Positions 28,027-36,122 of a stretch of 64,000 nucleotides of DNA are shown in pieces. Every line of letters starts with the position of its first letter. The first letter of the stretch is position 1. Below the pieces are notes generated by a model. That model was not told where the DNA came from. It worked only from the letters and a program-made list of their open reading frames with translations, and ran no database searches. A program made the translations under genes and the position numbers. Source of the DNA: a virus. The stretch lies in the IMG/VR virus record IMGVR_UViG_3300040809_001127, positions 5,977 through 69,976 of that record; one strand, written 5' to 3'.

Positions 28027-28054
28027 TTTACATTTACCGAGAATGTGGTATAAT
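28027..28054 (+). promoter_or_regulatory. T4 early-like promoter
   Basis: TTTCACAAAACCG-TTTACA-N16-TATAAT with TGTGG extension. Confidence 0.78.
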
Positions 28055-28083
28055 AGTCATATAAATTGATAAGGAGTTAAATT

Positions 28084-28356
28084 ATGAAAAAATCTATTAT
28101 GAATGCAATCAATGGAATCTCTTCTATTGAGGAAATGAACGAAGTGATCGGTCTGATCAAAATCAAGCAAAAGCAACTGAAGTCTATTCAAGTGGCTATG
28201 AACAAAAACGCAATTAGCGTTGGTTCAAAGGTCAAAGTAACTTCAAGAGCCGGCGTTGAATACGGTAAAGTTCTTGAAATCAAAAGGACTAAAGCCATCG
28301 TAATGATCGATGGTATGAGATACAATTGCCCTATCTCAATCATGGAGGCAGCGTAA
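28084..28356 (+). CDS. Early hypothetical protein (possible SH3/KOW-like C-terminus)
   Basis: Strong TAAGGAG RBS; ISVGSKVKV...GKVLEIKRTKAIV. Confidence 0.75.
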   Translation: MKKSIMNAINGISSIEEMNEVIGLIKIKQKQLKSIQVAMNKNAISVGSKVKVTSRAGVEYGKVLEIKRTKAIVMIDGMRYNCPISIMEAA

Positions 28357-28580
28357 TGAATCCTCAACTTAAAAAGATTTTTGATTACACACTTTCTATC
28401 ATGATCGTGTGTAGTCTTATTATTGGTCTGGCTTGGGCAATGTCATCTGTTGCTCAAATGCCTGATGTTTATGTAAGTAATTCAACTGGAGAATGTGTAA
28501 AGGTAATCAACTATGACGAAAGGTTTGATTACACTTGCGAAAATCTTCCTGAAAAATATAATCATATGTGGGTGAAATAA
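28356..28580 (+). CDS. Small membrane-anchored protein
   Basis: GGAGG RBS, TAATG coupling; TM then PDVYVSNSTGECVKV. Confidence 0.65.
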   Translation: MNPQLKKIFDYTLSIMIVCSLIIGLAWAMSSVAQMPDVYVSNSTGECVKVINYDERFDYTCENLPEKYNHMWVK

Positions 28581-28978
28581 TGGAAAAAATTATTTATAGT
28601 GCAAGCGATTCTGGTGGCGATGGAACTTCTCTTAAAGGTTACATCCTTGCTTCGTATCGCGAATTAGTAGATATGTTTGGCGATCCTGCATATGGAGAGT
28701 CAGGCGATAGTAAATGTACATTTACCTTTGTAGTTAACTACGAAATTAGTTATAATGGCGATTGCGAGTATGGTACATTTACTCTATACGATTGGAAAGG
28801 AAATCGTCCTTATGATGACAATGAACGATTTGAAGTTCATGTTGGTGGTTCTTGTATTACCGATAGCTTAGCAGCTGAAAATGCAATTCGAATTTTTAAT
28901 AAAACCGATGCTCGATATACAGCAGATAAAGACTGTATGTCTGGTGTCTCATTTGATATGGGAGTAGAATATGTCTAA
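28580..28978 (+). CDS. Hypothetical protein
   Basis: GTSLKGYI.ASY.ELV..FGDP...FTLYDWK..HVGG motif of early phage proteins. Confidence 0.65.
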   Translation: MEKIIYSASDSGGDGTSLKGYILASYRELVDMFGDPAYGESGDSKCTFTFVVNYEISYNGDCEYGTFTLYDWKGNRPYDDNERFEVHVGGSCITDSLAAENAIRIFNKTDARYTADKDCMSGVSFDMGVEYV

Positions 28979-29246
28979 TTTTGATGAAATAAAAAGAATC
29001 CTTCAAGAAGAAAAGGAAAAAATGGAGTTTGAGAAAACTGTAAAAAAGGTTTACTCAAAGCCTAAAAATTATTATAATAAACTCAGTGCGCAAGTAAAGA
29101 AGGCTGGTAAACAGTCTCCTGGTGGCTTGGATTGTTTCAAAGAAGAAAATATGTACTATACCGAAAAAGAAACTAATGATTATCTTTCAGGGTCAAGCTA
29201 TATGGAAACATACAACGCAATGAAAGGACAAGATGACTGGGATTAA
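28971..29246 (+). CDS. Hypothetical protein
   Basis: GGGAG RBS. Confidence 0.6.
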   Translation: MSNFDEIKRILQEEKEKMEFEKTVKKVYSKPKNYYNKLSAQVKKAGKQSPGGLDCFKEENMYYTEKETNDYLSGSSYMETYNAMKGQDDWD

Positions 29247-29538
29247 TATGACTGAGTTTTCTGATATTGTAGATAAGCAACGTATTATTTTAAAGGCTGA
29301 AGAGCTGAGAGATAGTATTGAAAATATGCATGTCCATGGATTAAGTTCTATGTGGTATGATAATCGTCCGCAAGATACTGAAGGTAACAAAATGGTTACT
29401 GATATTACTTACATTGACAATAGGATTGAACGTACTTTACCTGATGGCACTCTTATTCTAATGCAACAAGGTCTTAAAGGTAAACAGTGGTTAGATAAAG
29501 TAGAACGCATTATGTTGAATGAAGAAAAAAAGTTTTAA
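29233..29538 (+). CDS. Hypothetical protein
   Basis: AAGGA RBS; fills gap to next promoter. Confidence 0.6.
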   Translation: MTGINMTEFSDIVDKQRIILKAEELRDSIENMHVHGLSSMWYDNRPQDTEGNKMVTDITYIDNRIERTLPDGTLILMQQGLKGKQWLDKVERIMLNEEKKF

Positions 29539-29545
29539 AAAAACG

Positions 29546-29574
29546 TTTACTTTTACTTCTAACTGTGGTATAAT
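29546..29574 (+). promoter_or_regulatory. T4 early-like promoter
   Basis: AAAACG-TTTACT-N17-TATAAT with TGTGG extension. Confidence 0.78.
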
Positions 29575-29583
29575 ATATCTATT

Positions 29584-29943
29584 ATGGGAATGACAAACTT
29601 TTATCAAGGTAGTTTACGATATGACATTCATGGTCGTAAGCGTAAAACTACTGCTTTAAAAAAGGCTCGTAAACCAAACGTTGTGTTTAAGCCTATGGAA
29701 AAAAAATCAAATCAGCTTGATGAGCTTAGGCGTCAACAGGCTGCACAATACAAATCATTGATGGAAGAGTCTATCAAGAATGGTACCTTTACTGAGAATG
29801 GTGGCTCTGGTACCGCAAAAGAAACCATCAAGTATACTGGCGATCTTATTGTAGGTATTGCCACTATGCACAAATCGAATGCTGTGCCTGTTATGAAAGG
29901 CACTAAGCAAGCTGAAGAAATTGCTAAGATGAGGAGAGGCTAA
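29584..29943 (+). CDS. Conserved hypothetical protein
   Basis: YTGDLIVGIATMHKSNAVPV..A.EIAKMRR motif. Confidence 0.7.
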   Translation: MGMTNFYQGSLRYDIHGRKRKTTALKKARKPNVVFKPMEKKSNQLDELRRQQAAQYKSLMEESIKNGTFTENGGSGTAKETIKYTGDLIVGIATMHKSNAVPVMKGTKQAEEIAKMRRG

Positions 29944-30107
29944 TGGAATATATTTTTATAATCATAGCTGGTTATTTTGCTTTTATGAGTAGTCATATTG
30001 TTTCAGAACAAAAAGCAGGTAAACATATTCCTCTCCCTTGGGAAAAAGAGAGTAACGAAATATTTGATAAGTCTAAAATCAAATATACAGATGGAGATAA
30101 TACATGA
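29943..30107 (+). CDS. 54-aa membrane protein (not in ORF track)
   Basis: AGGAG RBS, TAATG and ATGA overlaps; MEYIFIIIAGYFAF...IPLPWEK. Confidence 0.6.
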   Translation: MEYIFIIIAGYFAFMSSHIVSEQKAGKHIPLPWEKESNEIFDKSKIKYTDGDNT

Positions 30108-30286
30108 AATATAGTACTTATGTTGACGATGATAGAACCGCTCATGTAGTAAGAGATGCCGATGGAAATTGGGGAATTGCAATGTACGAAAATAACGAAC
30201 ATGTTCGTACTGAAGTTTATAAAGGACATAGTGAAATTTATGCTGAGAACGCGGCAGAAAATTATGTCATGAAGATAAAAAATTAG
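30104..30286 (+). CDS. Hypothetical protein
   Basis: GGAG RBS; HSEIYAENAAENYV. Confidence 0.65.
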   Translation: MKYSTYVDDDRTAHVVRDADGNWGIAMYENNEHVRTEVYKGHSEIYAENAAENYVMKIKN

Positions 30287-30291
30287 TTTAT

Positions 30292-30337
30292 GGCTGGCGC
30301 AGAATTCTACTCCTTATCAATTGACTCTGCGTCGGCC
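30292..30337 (+). ncRNA. Intergenic stem-loop with anti-Shine-Dalgarno loop; candidate antisense regulatory RNA
   Basis: 12-bp stem GGCTGGCGCAGA/TCTGCGTCGGCC (two G-U pairs); 22-nt loop containing ACTCCTTATCAATT, reverse complement of 28064-28077. Confidence 0.6.
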
Positions 30338-30356
30338 TTCTATTGTGGAGAGTTAA

Positions 30357-31511
30357 ATGGCTAAAAAGAAAAATGCCGGAATGTCAAGGCAGACACTTGA
30401 CGATAAAATGATGGGTCCTGAACCTGCATGGGTTGAAGGCGATATCACTGAAGAAAATTATAAAAGAGAACTAAATGCAGGTTTGCGTTGGTATAACTAT
30501 TTCTGGAAACCTAAGCAGTATGTTAAACCTGCTCTTACCTATGCAAAAGATGTATTAAAGTTTTCTAAGAAAGATATTGATTCTCTTAAAAAGCTGAAAG
30601 ATTATCAATTATCACTTACGCCTGGACCTGGTCGTTTAGCACAGCTTGCTCTACGAGGGTTTCCTACAGAACAATTTGATGATTACCTTAAGGCTAAATA
30701 TGACGAGTGCTTAAAGGTTGCCAAAGAAATTATTGTTGAACAAAAACAAGAACAAAAAGAAAAATCTAAAAAGCCTGTTATTACACCAGCTGATCGTATG
30801 AAAATAAAAGTCATAGAAACCATCATGGGAGACTTTGATGAAATCTTAATAGATGCTTGGATGGAAGATAACTTTGATGTTAAATTTGACACTTACAATC
30901 TACTTAAAAAACATGACATCAAAGGAACGGGTCTTAATATCTTTAAGCAAAGAGTGGAAGAATATCATTTAGAAATAAGTGATGCATACGACAAAAAATG
31001 TGACCAAGCTGTAGAAGCTTATTCACATGTTAAACGTACTAACCTACGTAAAATGAAAAAAGAACTTGAAAATATTTTAAGTGATATTGAAAAAATTCGT
31101 ACAGCTCAAAAGCAAACTCGTAAGCCAAGAGCTCATAAAGCAAAAGCTTCTGATAAGCAAGTCGAAAAGCTACAATATTGCAAAGAAAATAATGAAGCAA
31201 AGCTTGCTTCGATTAATCCGGTTACAATTCCAGGCGCTCAACGTCTTTACATGTTTAACATAAAGAATAAAAAGCTTACTGAATTTATATCCGACAGCGC
31301 ATCAGGATTTGAGGTGAGTGGTACATCAATCAAAAATTATGATCCAGCACAATCACGCTGCGTCACTCTACGAAAACCTGATGATGTAATCCCTGGGGTC
31401 ATGACAAAGACAGTGAAACAGATTGACAATATTTGGAAGACTCTAACAACAAAAACTACTAAACCTACAGCTCGTATTAACAACGACTGTATTTTATTAA
31501 GAGTATTATAG
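30357..31511 (+). CDS. Conserved hypothetical protein of T4-like phages
   Basis: 384-aa ORF, GGAG RBS; SINPVTIPGA..L..FNIK..KL, GFEVSGTSI, TLRKP, ARINNDCILLRV. Confidence 0.75.
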   Translation: MAKKKNAGMSRQTLDDKMMGPEPAWVEGDITEENYKRELNAGLRWYNYFWKPKQYVKPALTYAKDVLKFSKKDIDSLKKLKDYQLSLTPGPGRLAQLALRGFPTEQFDDYLKAKYDECLKVAKEIIVEQKQEQKEKSKKPVITPADRMKIKVIETIMGDFDEILIDAWMEDNFDVKFDTYNLLKKHDIKGTGLNIFKQRVEEYHLEISDAYDKKCDQAVEAYSHVKRTNLRKMKKELENILSDIEKIRTAQKQTRKPRAHKAKASDKQVEKLQYCKENNEAKLASINPVTIPGAQRLYMFNIKNKKLTEFISDSASGFEVSGTSIKNYDPAQSRCVTLRKPDDVIPGVMTKTVKQIDNIWKTLTTKTTKPTARINNDCILLRVL

Positions 31512-31519
31512 GAGGTACT

Positions 31520-32041
31520 ATGTATACAGTAGGAGATACTTTTCCCGCTTTCTCACTGCAGGGAATTGATTCAAACAATGAATTTGTGAGAGTAGAGATT
31601 GAAGAAGGTTATACACCACATAAAAAGGATTGGTCTGTAATCTACTTTTATCCAAAAGATTTTACCTTTATCTGTCCAACAGAAATTGCTGGTATGGACG
31701 TTTTGGTAGATCATGCAAATGTAATTGGCATTAGTGGAGATAATGAATTTTGTAAGTTAGCTTGGAAAAAAGACAACGAACTTATTGGCTCTATTAATCA
31801 TACACTGGCTGCTGATTGTGGTCTTGGTTTGTCGCATCAACTTGGAATCGTAAATGAAAAAGAAGGAGTTTGTTATAGAGCAACGTTTATCTTCGATAAA
31901 CATAGAACGATTCAACATGTTTCTGTGAACGCATTAGATACTGGTAGAAATGCAAATGAAGTATTAAGGACTTTAAAAGCATTACAAGCTGGTGGACTTA
32001 CTGGTTGCTCTTGGGATGACGGAGATGAATTTGTTGGGTGA
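31520..32041 (+). CDS. ahpC: Peroxiredoxin (AhpC/TSA family)
   Basis: YFYPKDFTFICPTE peroxidatic motif, RATFI, GRNANEVLR, C-terminal Cys. Confidence 0.9.
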   Translation: MYTVGDTFPAFSLQGIDSNNEFVRVEIEEGYTPHKKDWSVIYFYPKDFTFICPTEIAGMDVLVDHANVIGISGDNEFCKLAWKKDNELIGSINHTLAADCGLGLSHQLGIVNEKEGVCYRATFIFDKHRTIQHVSVNALDTGRNANEVLRTLKALQAGGLTGCSWDDGDEFVG

Positions 32042-32276
32042 TGCCCTAGAGCAAAAGATAATGACTCGCAAGAGATTCTCTACTGCGGTAGAAACTCTTG
32101 TGTCTCAAAATAACATGTCTTATATTGATGCTGCAACTTATGTTGTAGAGAAAAGAGGACTTGATTATAAAAACCTGAAGAAGTTACTTACCGATTCTTT
32201 AAAACAAAAGATCGAAGAAGAAGCTGCTTCACTACACCTGGTTAGAATTAAGCAGGGAAATAAACTACCAATCTAG
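32025..32276 (+). CDS. gp33: Late-transcription coactivator gp33
   Basis: FSTAVETLV..NMSYIDA...LKQKIEEEA..KLPI; synteny with dsbA, gp59, gp32; exact start uncertain. Confidence 0.8.
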   Translation: MNLLGDALEQKIMTRKRFSTAVETLVSQNNMSYIDAATYVVEKRGLDYKNLKKLLTDSLKQKIEEEAASLHLVRIKQGNKLPI

Positions 32277-32284
32277 GAGAAAAA

Positions 32285-32545
32285 ATGAGTAATGTAATTA
32301 TTCCAACATCGGATGAAGATAAAAAGCGTATTAAAGGATGTATTGAAGAGATTAGTAATTCACTAACTCGTATTGCAGCAGAACGTGACTTCATTAAAGA
32401 AGCAATTGCTGAATGCTGTGATGACGTTGAAGTAGATAAAAAGTATCTACGTAAAATGGCAAACATTCATTTTAAGCAAAATCTATCTGAGGTTGTAACT
32501 GAAGTAGATGATATTGAAACATTATACGAATCAGTAATGCAATGA
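32285..32545 (+). CDS. dsbA: T4-type double-stranded DNA-binding protein
   Basis: EISNSLTRIAAERDFIKE..KYLRKMANIHFKQN; synteny. Confidence 0.75.
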   Translation: MSNVIIPTSDEDKKRIKGCIEEISNSLTRIAAERDFIKEAIAECCDDVEVDKKYLRKMANIHFKQNLSEVVTEVDDIETLYESVMQ

Positions 32546-32703
32546 CACGTATTTGGACTATATGGAAATACGCATTAGGAGGATTTTCCGATGACAAGAC
32601 AGAGCCGTATGATGATTATGTGGCTTTACTTCGTACTATTATCGTCGGGGTTAATTTTGCTACATGCTTTTTTATCATGGCAAACGTAATACATAATTGG
32701 TAA
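32542..32703 (+). CDS. 53-aa membrane protein (not in ORF track)
   Basis: ATGA overlap; WTIWKYALGGFSD..YDDYVALLRT...IMANVIHNW. Confidence 0.65.
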   Translation: MTRIWTIWKYALGGFSDDKTEPYDDYVALLRTIIVGVNFATCFFIMANVIHNW

Positions 32704-32705
32704 CT

Positions 32706-33299
32706 ATGAGAGATCCATTCGAATCATATAAAATGTACAACGCTTTAAAGCTACACTTTGAAAGCGATTCTTACAATGCGTTAAAATATAACTTTAAGAC
32801 TTCAGTTACTCCTAAGTCTTTCTTTAATCGTAAGGATAAGTACTTTTTTGCAAAGCTTGCAAACACATATGAAGATAATCTTAGAGATTTCTATGTTGCA
32901 AACTTTAAGAATGATGTCAAATATGTTGGTGATATGCTTAATGAAGACGGAGCACGTCACTACAAAAGTCATTTAAAAATTGCACAAAGTCTTCATCGAC
33001 AGTTTGAAGTTGATATAAATAAACTAGCTGAAGAAAATGTACCATTTGATCGTATGTTCATAAGTGAAGATGGTCAGTTTCCTTTAGTGGTTAGAATATG
33101 GATGCAAGAAGAAATCTGTTTAGAAACTCTTGTTATCCTTAATTCTATATTGGGTTTTATACCTCGGGAGTCCGAAAAGATATCAGACACGATTATGTGG
33201 CCAGATATCAAGAGGAAGATTGAGAAGTATACGCCTTTTGTAAGCTTTAGATCAGATCTATGTAAAAATATTTTGAAAAAAAGGTTTACAACAAAGTGA
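32706..33299 (+). CDS. gp59: Helicase loader gp59
   Basis: YKMYNALKLHF...YN..KYN.K, RKDKYFFAKLA, LETLVIL, KYTPF; precedes gp32. Confidence 0.88.
   Translation: MRDPFESYKMYNALKLHFESDSYNALKYNFKTSVTPKSFFNRKDKYFFAKLANTYEDNLRDFYVANFKNDVKYVGDMLNEDGARHYKSHLKIAQSLHRQFEVDINKLAEENVPFDRMFISEDGQFPLVVRIWMQEEICLETLVILNSILGFIPRESEKISDTIMWPDIKRKIEKYTPFVSFRSDLCKNILKKRFTTK
33014..33021 (+). promoter_or_regulatory. Possible late promoter for gp32 inside gp59
   Basis: TATAAATA. Confidence 0.4.
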
Positions 33300-33313
33300 T
33301 ATTATGTTATAAT
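33285..33313 (+). promoter_or_regulatory. T4 early-like promoter for gp32
   Basis: G-TTTACA-N17-TATAAT. Confidence 0.72.
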
Positions 33314-33363
33314 ATAGATTATATTATGTATAAAGTGGATAATTCAGATATACGGAGAAAAAT

Positions 33364-34266
33364 ATGTCGTTAGAAAACCTAAAGAGCATGCGAGGCTCGT
33401 CAATTGACAAACTCGTAAAAGCAGCCGAAGCTGTATCCACAGCAAAACCAGAAACTAATTCATATGATGATACTAGATTCTGGAAACCTACCAGAGATAA
33501 AGCAGGAAATGGTTATGCCGTTATTCGTTTCTTACCTGCCAAAGATGGTGAAGACCTTCCTTGGGTAAGATATTGGGATCATGGCTTTAAGGGTCCTACT
33601 GGTCTATGGTATATAGAAAACTCTTTAACCTCAATTGGTCAAGATGATCCAGTATCAGAGCACAACTCTGTACTGTGGAATTCTGGTAGAGACGAGGATA
33701 AAGCTTTAGCAAGGGAACAAAAACGTAGACTACATTATGTAAGTAATGTGCTTGTCGTTTCTGATCCGTCTAATCCAGAAAATGAAGGGAAGGTATTCCT
33801 TTACAAATTTGGTAAAAAGATCTTTGATAAAATCATGGATGTAATGCAACCACAATTTGCAGATGAAGAACCTGTTAATCCTTATGACTTCTGGGAAGGT
33901 GCTGACTTTAAATTAAAGATTAGAAAAGTAGAAGGTTGGGTGAACTATGATAAGTCAGAGTTCAGTGCTCCAGCTCCTCTTTTCAGCGGTGATGAAGGTC
34001 AGTTACAAGAAGTCTATGATAAGCTATACAGTTTGCAAGATTTTCTTGATCCGAAAAACTATAAGTCTTACGACGAATTGAAAGCTAAACTTAATAAAGT
34101 ACTTGGCGTATCTGCTGGTGTATCGATGGAAGCTCCGTCTCCTGCACCTGTAGTTGAAGCACCAGTTATGAGGAGTGAGGAATCAACCTTTGTAGAGCCT
34201 GTTGCTGAATCTTCTGATGAAGATGATACTCTAAGCTATTTTGCTAAACTAGCTCAAGATGACTAA
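33364..34266 (+). CDS. gp32: Single-stranded DNA-binding protein gp32
   Basis: DKAGNGYAVIRFLP, HGFKGPTGLWYIENSLT, FGKKIFDKI, NYDKSEF, acidic tail DDTLSYFAKLA. Confidence 0.95.
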   Translation: MSLENLKSMRGSSIDKLVKAAEAVSTAKPETNSYDDTRFWKPTRDKAGNGYAVIRFLPAKDGEDLPWVRYWDHGFKGPTGLWYIENSLTSIGQDDPVSEHNSVLWNSGRDEDKALAREQKRRLHYVSNVLVVSDPSNPENEGKVFLYKFGKKIFDKIMDVMQPQFADEEPVNPYDFWEGADFKLKIRKVEGWVNYDKSEFSAPAPLFSGDEGQLQEVYDKLYSLQDFLDPKNYKSYDELKAKLNKVLGVSAGVSMEAPSPAPVVEAPVMRSEESTFVEPVAESSDEDDTLSYFAKLAQDD

Positions 34267-34270
34267 AACG

Positions 34271-34354
34271 TACCTAGTGGAATCGTATAGGTAAAGCAGA
34301 GTCGATTGGCGTCCTTCCGCTGGTTAAGGGTAAGTCCACATAAACCTTAATCAG
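34271..34354 (+). ncRNA. Structured 3' UTR / candidate ncRNA downstream of gp32
   Basis: Two hairpins (34271-34293, 34320-34354) with complementary loops GTGGA/TCCAC. Confidence 0.4.
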
Positions 34355-34368
34355 TAAATTGCCCGAAG

Positions 34369-34392
34369 AGCCCAGTTGCAACTGGGCTTTTT
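34369..34392 (+). terminator. Intrinsic terminator between convergent units
   Basis: AGCCCAGT-TGCA-ACTGGGCT followed by TTTT. Confidence 0.85.
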
Positions 34393-34393
34393 G

Positions 34394-36112
34394 TTATCTA
34401 GCGAAAGATAATCCAGAAAGAACTCCCATACCAGGACTGGTTGGTTGTTCAATGATTGTAGTATTTGTTGTTTTTCTATTACTTGGTGAATTGTTTTGTA
34501 CAACACTTGTAAGACTTGGAGCTGATTGTCCTTCAAGAGCTAGGTCAAAGTTTTCACCCATGAGATTATCTAAGTTAAATCCTGAGTTGTTGAGAGTAGC
34601 ATCAAATGTACCATCACCTTCCAATGCTTGATCAAATGTAGGTAATGGCGGATCTTGTACTGGCTCTTCTGCAGCTCTTGCTTCATTTGCTTCTCTCATT
34701 TCAGCAGCCGCTGTAGCTCCTCGATCAGTACGTAAACCTCGAGAAATAGAATCTAGAGCAGATGTGTCAAAATCATCTCCAAATAACCATTTAGCAGCTC
34801 TTGCTCCAAGGAATCCAATAATCTTTCTTGGTACAAATGTAATACCATTTACGAGCATCGATAAAAAGTCTACAAGATATAATGCAGCAACTTTAAGTGT
34901 ATCGATAATTCCAGCACCAGGCCCTAAGCTTTCTCTTAGTTTTTGGAAGCCATAATATAATCCACCAATGACTGCAATGACTCCAGCTGCAATTGCGATA
35001 ATTGGAGCAAATGGAGCGACCATAGCCATAAAGGATGTTGCCATACCACTTAAAGCAGCAACCATACCTGGTACCCATTGTAATAATACAAATCCTCTTA
35101 CGACTCTTGCTACCTTAAGTACCATACTTAAACCTTTAAGTAATGGACCACCAAGGAATAATAATAAACCACCAAGCAATGCTGCAAATGTACCAAGGTT
35201 ATCTTTTATAAGTCCAAGTCCACCTTCTATATCTCCAGTAAAGATTTGATAAATTCCAGAGAATACATTTGTAATATTTTCGATTACCTTACCAATGAGT
35301 TCGGCGAATTTTTGAGGATCTAAAAATAATAAAGCTAAACCTGCAAGTGTAGCAAGGAATCCTATACCACCAGCTGCAGTTGATGCAAAGTCATCAAACT
35401 TATTACCTAATCCTTCAACGCCATTAGCCGTTTTTAAGAGAGCATCATTTTGTTCGTCTAATGCTTTTTGAGCTTCTCTTCTTTTTTCTTCAGATTCAGC
35501 ACCTTCTTGAATTGCTTGTAATTGTTGTAAAGCGATCGCTCTTGCTTGCTCATCTCCAGCAGCGTCTGCTGCAGCAAGATCAGCAGTTGCTTGTTGATAT
35601 GCTTCTTGTAACTTTTGAGATGTTTCATTTTGTGAAGCACCAAAAAATCCTTGTAAATTTTCTAGTGATTTCTCTATACTTGTTGTATCTTCTAATCTTT
35701 CGGTCTGCGATTTTAGAGAATCATTTAAGTCTCTTAAACTTCGAGTTGTTTCATCTCTTGCAAGTTGTTGTTCTAAAATCTTTTGTTGATTTTCTTCTCT
35801 TTCGGCAGCCTTTTCTAAGTTAGCATTTATTGCGTCTAGTTCTTCCATACGCTTATTGAGCGTTGCAAGATTCATAGGACCACGTTCTAATGCTTCACGT
35901 ACTCCACTAAGCTGATCACGTATAGCAGCTGCTCGAGCATCATCACCTGCCTGCTCGGCTTCAAAAAGTTTTGTTTCAATTGATTCAGCTTTTACTTGAG
36001 CTTTTATAAACTCATCTTTACCAATACCAGTATCAGACGATTTATTAATATCATCTCTTAACTTTTTAATAGTATCGGATAAACCTTTTGTACCTAACTT
36101 TTCATCAGCCAT
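34394..36112 (-). CDS. Putative tape measure protein (gp29-like)
   Basis: Long coiled-coil N-terminus, Gly/Ala-rich hydrophobic middle; position after gp26/gp51. Confidence 0.6.
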   Translation of the reverse strand: MADEKLGTKGLSDTIKKLRDDINKSSDTGIGKDEFIKAQVKAESIETKLFEAEQAGDDARAAAIRDQLSGVREALERGPMNLATLNKRMEELDAINANLEKAAEREENQQKILEQQLARDETTRSLRDLNDSLKSQTERLEDTTSIEKSLENLQGFFGASQNETSQKLQEAYQQATADLAAADAAGDEQARAIALQQLQAIQEGAESEEKRREAQKALDEQNDALLKTANGVEGLGNKFDDFASTAAGGIGFLATLAGLALLFLDPQKFAELIGKVIENITNVFSGIYQIFTGDIEGGLGLIKDNLGTFAALLGGLLLFLGGPLLKGLSMVLKVARVVRGFVLLQWVPGMVAALSGMATSFMAMVAPFAPIIAIAAGVIAVIGGLYYGFQKLRESLGPGAGIIDTLKVAALYLVDFLSMLVNGITFVPRKIIGFLGARAAKWLFGDDFDTSALDSISRGLRTDRGATAAAEMREANEARAAEEPVQDPPLPTFDQALEGDGTFDATLNNSGFNLDNLMGENFDLALEGQSAPSLTSVVQNNSPSNRKTTNTTIIEQPTSPGMGVLSGLSFAR

Positions 36113-36122
36113 TTTCTAGTTC

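Noticed and set aside
34351-34631. ORFs 34351-34536 (-) and 34359-34631 (+)
   Set aside because: They cross the terminator and overlap the tape-measure-like gene; no RBS or motif.
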